The position numbers and the translations under genes were made by a program. From NCBI GenBank assembly GCA_009903795.1, contig WYER01000003.1, positions 8,637 through 72,636 of the forward strand: a DNA stretch of 64,000 nt. Direction: 5' to 3'. The stretch comes from Nitrososphaerota archaeon (GTDB lineage: Archaea > Thermoproteota > Nitrososphaeria > Conexivisphaerales > UBA164). Positions 54,629 through 63,772 of the stretch are shown here, piece by piece; position 1 is the stretch's first letter, and the number at the start of each line of letters is the position of its first letter. Below the pieces are notes generated by a model. It saw only the letters and a list, made by a program, of their open reading frames with translations, did no database searches and had not been told where the DNA came from.

Positions 54629-55011
54629 TCTTTTACTCTAATTATAATTTTTCGTATATATACGATTTACGCTGACCTTTAAGCTTTATTGAAAAGGTAT
54701 ATTTGATAATAAATAGTGAAGTACAATGCCCTACAAGGTCTTTGACGGAAAAGATGTAATTGTGAAAACTTATTGTATAAAACGGTCGATTTTTTAGGGT
54801 TCTAGCCGCTCATAAATTGGGTACCTGAGCAGAGTTATGCTGTTAAGAAACTTGAGGTAAAGCCAACACCAGATTTGTTATCAAACTAAGGCTTTTGTCA
54901 AAAGAAAGTATTGAAAATAGTTCAAAAAGCTTAAAGAGTTCTTTACATCAAAACTATAAAAACATAGCAAACGCCAAAAAGTTAATTAAACGGTTGTTGT
55001 TAACATTAAAC

Positions 55012-55185
55012 ATGCCTACACACGGCAGTATCACAAAAGCGGGAAAGGTCAGATCACAAACGCCAAAGATTCAGGGTAGAGAAAGACATAATCCGCCTCC
55101 ACGTATATCTTTAAGAGCTAAGTATATTAAGAGAGTAGAACTAAAAAGAAATCCAGGACAAAACTGGGCATTTTTAAGAAAGTAA
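55012..55185 (+). CDS. rps30e: Ribosomal protein eS30
   Basis: The track ORF at 54895 is N-terminally over-extended. From the ATG at 55012 the sequence reads MPTHGSITKAGKVRSQTPKIQGRERHNPPPR..., with the eS30 hallmark HGSLTKAGKVRSQTPK. Confidence 0.85.
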   Translation: MPTHGSITKAGKVRSQTPKIQGRERHNPPPRISLRAKYIKRVELKRNPGQNWAFLRK

Positions 55186-55255
55186 TAATAATTTTATGGT
55201 AACACAGAATTCAGAAGTTCTTGAAGTTCTATCTCTGAAATTCCTTTAGTTAAGC

Positions 55256-56347
55256 TTACCTGTCTTTTTCAAGAACCTTTTCCAGCTTGTGAATAGCGTC
55301 CACAAGCGAATTCTTTATTCCCCATCCATCGCCTGTAACAGATGTTTTTACGTAAGGACCGTTTACCTGTATCCTTATTATAACGTGCGGTTTGCCTTTT
55401 CTCTGCCTTTGATCCCCGTTTACGTAAACTGTTAACGTTGAATTTTGCAAAATCTTTGAGTATTTCCTTGTCAAGCTTGTAATCCTTCTTCTTATCGTTT
55501 CAGGGTCGTATTCGAGTTCTTCTATTACTCCTTTCTTTGAAAGCTGAAGGAATATTGCGGGTTCTGTAACTTTTATTGAAGCTATATGTTTGAGAAGATC
55601 TTCTTTGGTCAAGATGCCGCTTAGATGCCGGTTTCTCGTAACAACTACTGATGAAAACCTGAACTTTTTCATCAGTTCAAAAGCTTCAAAAGCGTTGGCG
55701 TTTTCATCTATTGACTTTACGTCCTCTGTCATGATTGATTTTACCGAACCCTCGGCTATGTCCTTCATCTCTCCAATAGGGCTATCCCTTTTCTGCCTAA
55801 ATTTTGGCTTGATAACCTTCTGTATTATGTCATGAAGGGTTACAATTCCAACTACCTGTTCATCTTTCATAATTATAACTCGTGAAACGCCCGAGTTTCT
55901 CATGGTAGAAAGTAATTGTCCTATTGTTGAATCTACGTCAAGAGTAACTGGATCGGGTGTCATTATGTCCTTTGCAGTGACGTTTCTGAAGACGCTGCGA
56001 CTTTGAGATATTACGTCATCAGCAAAGACTCCGCCGCCAACGCTACCATCTTGCAAAACATACGGCAGAGTTTTAAAACCGCTTTCTACCATCAGCCTGC
56101 TTACGTCATCTAAGTTTTCGTTACCAGATAACTTCGGCGCCACTTTCATAAGAGTTTTTACTTTGGTCGTAGTGGGATCATAATTAAGCTTGTAAGCAAG
56201 GCTTTCGTTTATTATTCCCTCATAGAAAAAACCGTTGGAAACAACAATAAGATCCCTCTGTTTTTCAAATAGATCCTGTATTTCTGAAATTGTTTTGCTT
56301 TTATCAACAGTTATTATATCTTTTTTTATAATGCTTTCTAAGCTCAT
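55256..56347 (-). CDS. Four-CBS-domain protein with a C-terminal HPF/RaiA (S30AE)-like domain
   Basis: 363 aa with four CBS repeats, for example DIMTPDPVTL...GVSRVIIM.DEQVVGIVTLHDII. The last ~100 aa (IFLQLSKKG...ETIRRRITSLTRKYSKILQNSTLTVYVNGDQRQRKGKPHVIIRIQVNGPYVKTSVTGDGWGIKNSLVDAIHKLEKVLEKDR) align by eye end-to-end with E. coli HPF/YfiA. Confidence 0.65.
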   Translation of the reverse strand: MSLESIIKKDIITVDKSKTISEIQDLFEKQRDLIVVSNGFFYEGIINESLAYKLNYDPTTTKVKTLMKVAPKLSGNENLDDVSRLMVESGFKTLPYVLQDGSVGGGVFADDVISQSRSVFRNVTAKDIMTPDPVTLDVDSTIGQLLSTMRNSGVSRVIIMKDEQVVGIVTLHDIIQKVIKPKFRQKRDSPIGEMKDIAEGSVKSIMTEDVKSIDENANAFEAFELMKKFRFSSVVVTRNRHLSGILTKEDLLKHIASIKVTEPAIFLQLSKKGVIEELEYDPETIRRRITSLTRKYSKILQNSTLTVYVNGDQRQRKGKPHVIIRIQVNGPYVKTSVTGDGWGIKNSLVDAIHKLEKVLEKDR

Positions 56348-56380
56348 GTATAAATCATAAACTTCTTAAAATAAAAACGT

Positions 56381-56950
56381 TTACAGATGTTCAAAATCGT
56401 TTAAAATCCTTTCCTGAAGCGCATCAAACTGTTTATACAACTCTTCAACTGTTATGTATTCGTTTACGATCATATAATCTGCAACAGCTATAACAGAACC
56501 GATGCCAAGTTCTAGCTCAATCTTATCCCTTTCTTTAAATTCATTAAAGTCCTTTGGATCATCTTCTCTTCCTCTTCTCTTAAGGAGATAAAACCTTCTC
56601 TTTGGGCTTGCGTGAAGCGCCAAAATTAATATGCGCGCGTGCTTACTAAAGAATTCAACTTCACTAGGAGACCTTATACCATCTATTATAACGAGCTTCG
56701 AGTTGCTTTTTTCTATTTTCTCTAGCGTAAGCTTTGCTACTATGTCTTTTCCACCCTGTTCTCTTAGTATCTTTACAACTTTTCTCTGGCCTTCTTTGCT
56801 CAGCCCATAACCAAGCTCTATGCTCTTTTCCCTTATTATGTTGCCCATAGAAAAAGTTGGTATCCCGAGCTTGCTGGAGACGTAAGAAGCTATAGTGGTC
56901 TTACCTGCGCCCGGCATGCCGGTTATACCTATAATTCTGACATGCTCCAA
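56381..56950 (-). CDS. P-loop nucleotide kinase-like protein (UPF0200 / dephospho-CoA-kinase-like fold)
   Basis: 189 aa with IIGITGMPGAGKTT. The overall size and pattern are those of small archaeal NMP-kinase-like proteins. Substrate unknown. Confidence 0.55.
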   Translation of the reverse strand: MEHVRIIGITGMPGAGKTTIASYVSSKLGIPTFSMGNIIREKSIELGYGLSKEGQRKVVKILREQGGKDIVAKLTLEKIEKSNSKLVIIDGIRSPSEVEFFSKHARILILALHASPKRRFYLLKRRGREDDPKDFNEFKERDKIELELGIGSVIAVADYMIVNEYITVEELYKQFDALQERILNDFEHL

Positions 56951-57045
56951 CTCATACCCATTATAACAAACTATATTTTAATCGTTCTGTTCGTTCGTAA
57001 TTTTATAGGAATCATTTTATCATTAAAATCATTAGCTCATCGGGA

Positions 57046-58164
57046 TTGAACATTCTTGCTACAGCTATAAGAGGCTTTGAAGAATATTCAGCTTATGAAG
57101 CTGAACTCCTTGGATGCAGGGCTGTTGAAACAAGGCAAGCGCGAGTTGTTCTTGAAGGGGATTATAGCTGCGTTTATGTGTTGAACAATTTTGCAAGAAC
57201 CGTCAATAAAATTCTTCTATTATTAAGCAGGGAAACTGTCCAAAACTTGGATGATATATACAACAAAGCTTTATCAATAGATTACAGCTTTATAAAGCCT
57301 GACCAATCATTTGCTGTTAGATCTGAAAGAAGCGGAATACATGAATTCACATCTCTCGATATAGCAAGGGTTGTAGGGCAGGCAATAATAGATTCTTATC
57401 AGAGAAGCACAGGTAAAATTCTCAAAGTTAACCTTGATGAGCCAGATGTTGAGATAGAAGCTGACCTTATAGGTAACGAGCTCTTCATAAGCATAAACAC
57501 TACAGGTAATGGGCTTAACTTTCGAGAATACAGAATTTATAATCATCCATCTTCTTTAAAGCCAACCCTAGCCTCTTCGCTGATCATAATGTCTCAGTGG
57601 GAAGGATCAAGCTTTATAGATCCTTTCACTGGAGGGGCAACCATACCAATTGAAGCCGCGCTTTATGCTAAATCATCGCTAGTGAAGCCATCTGGCAAAT
57701 TTCTTTATAAAAAGCTCAGCTTTTACGATGATAAAGCCGAAGAAGAAGCTTTAAAAAAGATAGGTAAAAAGTTTGACCTTAAAGATAAAATCGTAGGTGT
57801 AGAAATTTCTCGAAAGCACTTTACTGGCGCGTTGAAAAACGTAAGCGCAGCCAACCTTGGAGAAAGCATAGATATTATTCTTGGGGACTCGATAAAGATC
57901 GATTTCCAAAGAAAATTTAAATTCCTCGTTTCAAACCCACCATACGGCATAAGAAGCGGAAGAAAAGAAAAGGTGCTTAAGATTTATGAACTTTTTGTAA
58001 AAAGGATGGATAAAATTCTTGAAGATAAAGCTCGTGGGGTGATGATTACAACTGAATATAAAAAGCTTACAGAACTTTTAGGAGAAAGAGGTTACAAAGT
58101 CCTTAAGGTTAACACGGGGCTCCATGGTAAGCTCTGGGTTGGGGCAGTGCTTTTTAGTGTTTAA
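57046..58164 (+). CDS. THUMP-domain RNA methyltransferase (Trm14/TrmN-like N2-guanine class)
   Basis: 372 aa with an N-terminal ferredoxin-like plus THUMP region, DPFTGGATIPIEAA (SAM motif I) and LVSNPPYG (motif IV). Confidence 0.75.
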   Translation: MNILATAIRGFEEYSAYEAELLGCRAVETRQARVVLEGDYSCVYVLNNFARTVNKILLLLSRETVQNLDDIYNKALSIDYSFIKPDQSFAVRSERSGIHEFTSLDIARVVGQAIIDSYQRSTGKILKVNLDEPDVEIEADLIGNELFISINTTGNGLNFREYRIYNHPSSLKPTLASSLIIMSQWEGSSFIDPFTGGATIPIEAALYAKSSLVKPSGKFLYKKLSFYDDKAEEEALKKIGKKFDLKDKIVGVEISRKHFTGALKNVSAANLGESIDIILGDSIKIDFQRKFKFLVSNPPYGIRSGRKEKVLKIYELFVKRMDKILEDKARGVMITTEYKKLTELLGERGYKVLKVNTGLHGKLWVGAVLFSV

Positions 58165-59699
58165 CCAAGAGATTTCCTTAGCCTGGCCATTTCTGTTATG
58201 TTTTTTACTATTTCTTCTTTGTTATTTTCAAGTAGAGCAGCAAGAGTTAACGTCGAAAGTAGCTTGTGTTTTAAAACGTCGTATTTTTCGTTTGCCTTTA
58301 TTCCAAAGTTCGATTCTATAAAACTGATGTCGTTTTTAATTTGCTGAATTATCTTTTCGTTTACAATCATTTTATCGTTAAGTATTGTTAAATTTTCGGC
58401 AGAATAATAATTTACCGAAGCTTTAAGATCTACATCCAGGAACCTATAGGTTGAAATTAGCGTATTCCATTCTTCTTCGTTTAACTTATCAAGAGCAGAA
58501 GCGCCAAAAATTTCAGGTGGAAGCCCCACGCTGTATAAAGCGCTTACAAAGGTTATAGCCCTAGGTAAAGTCACTTTTCCGGCACTCCTCGAGTATCCGA
58601 AAAGTCCTATATGTAGCTTTCTGGCCCTTCTCCTTGGCACAAAGCTTGCTATCTCGTTTATCAGAGGTGCCAGGCCTTCTATAACTGTTTGATACGCAGG
58701 AGTGTACAGATTGATTATTTTCTTAAACGTATTGAGCTCGTCCGCACTAAAGCTTTCTTTTTCGTAAGGCTTACTTATGTTAAGAAACCTTATCGCGCTT
58801 CTGGTTTCTTCTTCTTTATAGTCATATCTGAAAGCAGATTGTATAGTAAATGTCCAAACTCCTCTGTATTCGTTAAAAACGTTTTCAACGTTTAATGGGT
58901 TTAAATGTCCTCTGAACGGAAGGCTTCCTACACCGATTATAGGATATATTGGTATATGGTGAAGTTCTTCTACGTTTTTCAATTCGCTAAGGGCATGCTT
59001 TGCTAGCAAAACCGCAGATACGATGCCGTAATTCATTGCTGGATCTGACCTCGCTATAAATACCCTGAGGTATGAAACTTTGATCGTATTTACGTACTTT
59101 TCAATTATGCTTTTTATGTTGAGAAGTGAATCCTTATCTTCAACCAGAGGAATGATTTCTAACCATTTAGGCTTTATTTCCCCTATCAAATCTCTAACTT
59201 TAAGGTTTTCCGTCAGCTGCATGTCTTCTTTGTTTACTACTGCTTTTTCATAGTACTTCGCTAAGGCAATAAGCTGTTCTGCATTTGTAGTAAATGGTAA
59301 TATTGCTTCAAAAACAGGAACAGTTACAGCTTCACCGTAAAATTTTTCACCTACGTCATGGTTTATCGGGATGCTTTCCAAAGTTTCAGCAAAAACCTTC
59401 CTATCAACTCCCTCGATGAACGGGTTTGGTAACCTGTACGTTAAAAATATATGTTTTCCCAGAACGTTATCCTTAAAGTATTCTGGATACATGGTAAAAA
59501 GTTTTCTCGCTACGTGAGTGTCAACGTCTTTCCCTTCTGCATCCCACATTACTTCTTCTACGCCGTAAAAAGAATAAGCTAGATAAGCCTCATAAACCTC
59601 GTCATCTCCTTCTATAGAACCTTCTTTTCCTTTTACCCACTCCGGAACGTTCGCGTTGTCCGGATGCTGTGTAGCCATAGTCCTCGGAATCTTTCTCAT
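58161..59699 (-). CDS. ppcA: Archaeal-type phosphoenolpyruvate carboxylase
   Basis: 512 aa. MRKIPRTMATQHPDNA is the characteristic atPEPC N-terminus. Confidence 0.9.
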   Translation of the reverse strand: MRKIPRTMATQHPDNANVPEWVKGKEGSIEGDDEVYEAYLAYSFYGVEEVMWDAEGKDVDTHVARKLFTMYPEYFKDNVLGKHIFLTYRLPNPFIEGVDRKVFAETLESIPINHDVGEKFYGEAVTVPVFEAILPFTTNAEQLIALAKYYEKAVVNKEDMQLTENLKVRDLIGEIKPKWLEIIPLVEDKDSLLNIKSIIEKYVNTIKVSYLRVFIARSDPAMNYGIVSAVLLAKHALSELKNVEELHHIPIYPIIGVGSLPFRGHLNPLNVENVFNEYRGVWTFTIQSAFRYDYKEEETRSAIRFLNISKPYEKESFSADELNTFKKIINLYTPAYQTVIEGLAPLINEIASFVPRRRARKLHIGLFGYSRSAGKVTLPRAITFVSALYSVGLPPEIFGASALDKLNEEEWNTLISTYRFLDVDLKASVNYYSAENLTILNDKMIVNEKIIQQIKNDISFIESNFGIKANEKYDVLKHKLLSTLTLAALLENNKEEIVKNITEMARLRKSLG

Positions 59700-59747
59700 G
59701 TTTTCATAAGATTATTATGTGTCGATATTTAGCCCTTTCTTTCGTGC

Positions 59748-60320
59748 TCAAATCCATTTATTAAAATGAAAAATTCCTTCTTTGATGACTGACTTTGGCT
59801 TTGGGGCAGAAGCCTTATGTCCTAATAGTATCATCCACTGGGGTTCAACATAGTCTGGTAAAACGAACATCTTTTTGAAAATGTCAGGCCTAGCAAGAGG
59901 AACTGCTCTCCAATGGGCGCCAAGCCCAATACAGTTCGCCGCTATAAGGATGTTTTCAGCAACTGCCGCAAGGCTTTGAATCCCCATGATCTTTTCGAGT
60001 TCATCTTCTTTTCTCAGCTTTTTTATGTTTAGCAAACCTATCAGAATAACCTGTGCTGATGAAATTATTTCATACGTTCTCTCAGCTTTTTTAACGTCTG
60101 CCTTTCCGCTTTTAACGTATTCTTCTTTTAACGTTGATGCAAGTTTTTCAATCAAAAGTTTTTCTGTAATTATCAAAAAGTCCCATGGCTGTTCGTTATG
60201 GGGACTTGGTGCGCTAATTGCGGCCTGCATTATCGCCTTTACATCTTCCTCCTTAACTGGTTCGTCGGTAAAATTCCTGATGCTTCTGCGGGTATAGATA
60301 CCTTCTAAGCAGTCCATCAT
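59748..60320 (-). CDS. Nitroreductase-family flavoprotein
   Basis: 190 aa with RRSIRNFTDEPV...AAISAPSPHNEQPW. Confidence 0.85.
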   Translation of the reverse strand: MMDCLEGIYTRRSIRNFTDEPVKEEDVKAIMQAAISAPSPHNEQPWDFLIITEKLLIEKLASTLKEEYVKSGKADVKKAERTYEIISSAQVILIGLLNIKKLRKEDELEKIMGIQSLAAVAENILIAANCIGLGAHWRAVPLARPDIFKKMFVLPDYVEPQWMILLGHKASAPKPKSVIKEGIFHFNKWI

Positions 60321-60362
60321 TTTTTTTATAAAGGTTAAATAATTAAGTTTTTTAAATAAGTA

Positions 60363-61244
60363 GTGAAATTGAAGCTAGGATTTGTAGGATTAGGAAAAAT
60401 GGGACAAGCATTGGCTCTTAGAGCTATACAATCAGGGTATACTGTTTACGGCTATAACCGAACTAAATCAAAAGTAGATTCGATAAGAGATAGAGTTGAA
60501 ATTTTGCCATCCATAAGCGACGTTGTAGAAAAGAGCGATGTATTACTTGTAGCCGTTACAGACGATGAGGCTGATGAAGATGTTATTTTAGGAAATCACG
60601 GTATATCAGATTACATAAGGCCAAACAAAATGATAATAGACTTCAGTACAATTTCTCCTATAATGTCGAAGTACATAAATGAAAAACTGAAAAGAAAAAA
60701 CGCTTACAGGTTAGAAGTGCCGCTAATAGGAGGACCTGATAAGGCCCTCAGGGGCGAACTCATAGCTCTTATAGGAGGAGACAGGTCAAAATATGAAGAA
60801 ATGTCTGACCTTATAAAGACGTTTGCGATAAGGACAATATATGCGGGGGACATAGGAGATGCGCTGTCGCTCAAGCTGGCTTTCAATCTCCTCGTTGCAG
60901 GCTATGCTGAACTAATAGCTGAGGGGTTGGCGTTTGTGCAAAAGATGAAAGTCGATCCAAGGTTGTTTGTGTATCTTATAAACGCCAGCGGTTATAAGAC
61001 AGAGTTCAGCGAAATAAAGGGGCAAAAGATGCTCGTAAGCAACTATGAACCAACTTTCTATTTAAAGCATATGAAAAAAGACCTTGGATTGATTTCAAAG
61101 GTTGCTGATAAATATAATATTTATCTTCCTGTTCATTCAGCTCTATGGAGCACTTACACTGCGGCAACTGAATATGGGCTTGCAGAAGAAGATTACAGCG
61201 CTATTCTTGAATATTTACTAAAAATTAATAAATTAAAAGAATAA
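60363..61244 (+). CDS. NAD(P)-dependent beta-hydroxyacid dehydrogenase (3-hydroxyisobutyrate / 6-phosphogluconate dehydrogenase-like)
   Basis: 293 aa with LGFVGLGKMGQALA and the KD..L catalytic Lys region (HMKKDLGL). Confidence 0.85.
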   Translation: MKLKLGFVGLGKMGQALALRAIQSGYTVYGYNRTKSKVDSIRDRVEILPSISDVVEKSDVLLVAVTDDEADEDVILGNHGISDYIRPNKMIIDFSTISPIMSKYINEKLKRKNAYRLEVPLIGGPDKALRGELIALIGGDRSKYEEMSDLIKTFAIRTIYAGDIGDALSLKLAFNLLVAGYAELIAEGLAFVQKMKVDPRLFVYLINASGYKTEFSEIKGQKMLVSNYEPTFYLKHMKKDLGLISKVADKYNIYLPVHSALWSTYTAATEYGLAEEDYSAILEYLLKINKLKE

Positions 61245-61255
61245 AATAAATATGA

Positions 61256-61327
61256 GCCGGGGTGCCGGAACGGCTACGGGTGCGGCTGCAGACCGCATTT
61301 ATGTGGGTTCAAATCCCACCCCCGGCT
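61256..61327 (+). tRNA. tRNA-Cys (anticodon GCA)
   Basis: Acceptor GCCGGGG/CCCCGGC, anticodon stem TGCGG/CCGCA with loop CTGCAGA, and T arm GTGGG-TTCAAAT-CCCAC. 72 nt, no encoded CCA. Confidence 0.85.
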
Positions 61328-61397
61328 TCCCGGCAACTTGTTTTTTACAGTAAGAGCCCATAGTTAAAAGATTTATAGCGTTTATTCTAGATCTTTA

Positions 61398-62695
61398 TTA
61401 TAGAATTTCTGTGTTGCTCTCTAGCTTATTTTCGAGCAAAATTATTGATATACATCCAAGAACAGAAAGCAGAGAAACAGTAATAGATATATATGGCCAA
61501 GACCGAAGCAAATTTCCTGAAGCGTTAACAAAAACAGGGACTCCAAATGATAAAATCAATCCTGTTATAAGCGTCGCTATCTGCAGTGTCCATCCGATTC
61601 CTGAATATCTCATATTAACGGGAAAAACCTTGCTGAGAGTCACTCCCAAAGCTCCGAACGCTATATAAAGAAAAGCAAATGCGCAGACTGCGGCCAAAAC
61701 TATATAGACGGTGTTTTTTGATTGCAGTATAGGAAAATAAAAAAAGGAAAATACAGTCAGTCCAGCTCCTCCTGTGACTATCGGGATATAAAGCCTATTA
61801 AATCTATCATAGAGATACCCTCCAAACAAAACAAAAGGAAAACCCGCGAATCCGGCAAGTATCGCTGAAAGCATTTCGGTTGAATAAGGAATCCCAAGCG
61901 CTTTCATGTAAGAAAGACCAAGAGGGTTAAGGAGAAGGTTTGCAGCTGCCGTTGGAAAAGCTGCTACAAGTATCCCAGCGGCTATGTACCGGGAATATTT
62001 TTTCCAGACCTGAAGCGAAGGCGCCTTCAGAACCCCTCCGCCAAGCTTCATGGACCTGAAAGCAGGACTTTCAATCATCTTCAGCCTAAGTACTATACCA
62101 GCAACAACTACGATGCCTCCAAGTATAAATGGTATCCTCCATCCATAGATTATGAAAGCCCTCCTGCTCATACTTAATTCTGTGAGGAGAAAAACAAGCG
62201 GGCCGAGTCCGAACCCAATAGGGTTAGCAGCCTGCATCAAAGATGTCCAAAAACCCTTTCTTCTTTCTGCAACCTCATAAATCCATGATATGGCGCCCTG
62301 CCATTCACCTCCTATACCAAAGCCTTGCAGAAACCTAAACGCTAGCAAAAGAACAGGAGCTGAGAGGCCTATAGCTGAATACGGAGGCAGTAATGCTATC
62401 GAAAACATGGCAACACCAACTGTCAAAAGAGTGACGATAAGAGATGATTTTCTGCCGACCCTGTCTCCAAAATGTCCAAATATCAGCGCAGCAAAAGGTC
62501 TTGCAAAGTACATAGCTGTATAAGAAAGCATAGAAAGCACAAACGATATAACAGGGGGAAAGCCGCAAAGAACACAATTGGCCATATTGTTGAAGCCGCT
62601 ATTCCTGCTATGACAACATCGTACCATTCGATAAAAGTTCCAAAAAAAGCTGCGTATACAGCTGTCTTCTGGGATTTGGTTTCAGTAATGAGCAT
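61398..62695 (-). pseudogene. MFS transporter (metabolite:H+ symporter-like) with a frameshift near a C5/G5 run
   Basis: The N-terminus (62695 downward) reads MLITETKSQKTAVYAAFFGTFIEWYDVVIAGIAASTIWPIVFFAAFP.... The continuation ...GFPPVISFVLSMLSYTAMYFARPFAALIFGHFGDRVGRK is in another frame (ORF 61398..62627). The frames meet at ggggg 62554-62558. Confidence 0.7.
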
Positions 62696-62758
62696 AAACT
62701 GGCTTTCTGTGCTTTTTATTTAAGTTTTTTTTGTGCTGAGATTTTTTATAATCCTTTT

Positions 62759-63619
62759 TTAGATCAACATTGAAATAGCCAAAGATATACTGTACATAAT
62801 ATATATGATCGAACTTATTTCTACTCCATACAGGAAACCTTCTCTTTTAAGTTTGATCAGGCCACGATAAGCGATCGGTAAAGTTAAAAGTGTCAGGTTT
62901 ATTTTAACGTTTCCTGTTATTATTGAAACAACAGGTATCCAGATATAAGATAATATTACCATTGAATAGAAAAGAAGAGCGGCACGTTCTTTCCCAAGAA
63001 GCACAGCCAAAGTTTTCCTTCCAACATCTCTGTCTTTGTCAATGTCTCTAGTATTGGCAGCTGTTAGAATAGAGGCAACTAGCAAAGAAAGAGGCAAGGA
63101 TAAAAGATAAGCCATCATCACGAGCCTTCCAGCAAAAACAAGAACTGTGGCAACGATTTCTATAAACCCCATAGTGAGGCCCACTATAACTTCACCAAAA
63201 GGTGTCCTTGAAATAGGAACAGGGCCTTCTGAATAGAGAATACCTACAAGAAAAGCTACTATCCCTAGAGCAAGCACTGTAAAACCTCTTCTGATTACTA
63301 TTGGTATCGCAAGAATTCCCGCTAAAAAGTCAAAGAGGACAGCTATCATAAAAACTTCTCTGGGCGACGCCTCACCTTTAACTATAAGCCCTGCAAACCC
63401 GTGCGATGCATACCTGTCTACACCGTTTACATAATCGCCGTGTTCATTAAAAACATTTGTCGCGATTTGCATCAGAAGAGCAACGGCGAACATGTCTGCC
63501 CAAAGAATGGGATTAAACGAGCTTAACCTGCTCGCTATAGCTCCTCCTACCAAAAGCGGTGCTGCAGTGGCGCTAAGGGAAGGCACCCTAATTAAAGATA
63601 TAAATTGCCTAAGGTTCAA
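62759..63619 (-). CDS. menA: UbiA-family prenyltransferase, MenA-like (1,4-dihydroxy-2-naphthoate prenyltransferase)
   Basis: 286 aa and polytopic, with NVFNEHGDYVNGVDR (N..N...D......D) and a second Asp-rich DIDKDRDVGRKT motif. Confidence 0.75.
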   Translation of the reverse strand: MNLRQFISLIRVPSLSATAAPLLVGGAIASRLSSFNPILWADMFAVALLMQIATNVFNEHGDYVNGVDRYASHGFAGLIVKGEASPREVFMIAVLFDFLAGILAIPIVIRRGFTVLALGIVAFLVGILYSEGPVPISRTPFGEVIVGLTMGFIEIVATVLVFAGRLVMMAYLLSLPLSLLVASILTAANTRDIDKDRDVGRKTLAVLLGKERAALLFYSMVILSYIWIPVVSIITGNVKINLTLLTLPIAYRGLIKLKREGFLYGVEISSIIYIMYSISLAISMLI

Positions 63620-63727
63620 TGCATGAGATAAAATCCTTTTCTGATTTAAATTATTTGCGTCAAAAAGTGCCTCAACATCGCAGGTAGGCGTCTCAATGCA
63701 TCTCAGCTCTTGCTTTCACGCAAGCTT

Positions 63728-63772
63728 TTAGATCTTGCTTTTGACGGACTTCAGCTTATATGGTCTAACACC
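63728..63772 (+). repeat. Possible degenerate IS right-end fragment
   Basis: ttagatcttgcttttgac...cagcttatatggtctaacacc resembles 53040-53058 and the IS right end gagcttaagttaacggcacc. Weak. Confidence 0.25.

Noticed and set aside
54726-54797. A 23-aa ORF (MPYKVFDGKDVIVKTYCIKRSIF) in the mbf1-rps30e spacer, possibly a tiny ribosomal or zinc protein.
   Set aside because: It is too short and matches no small protein family I recognise. No supporting signals.
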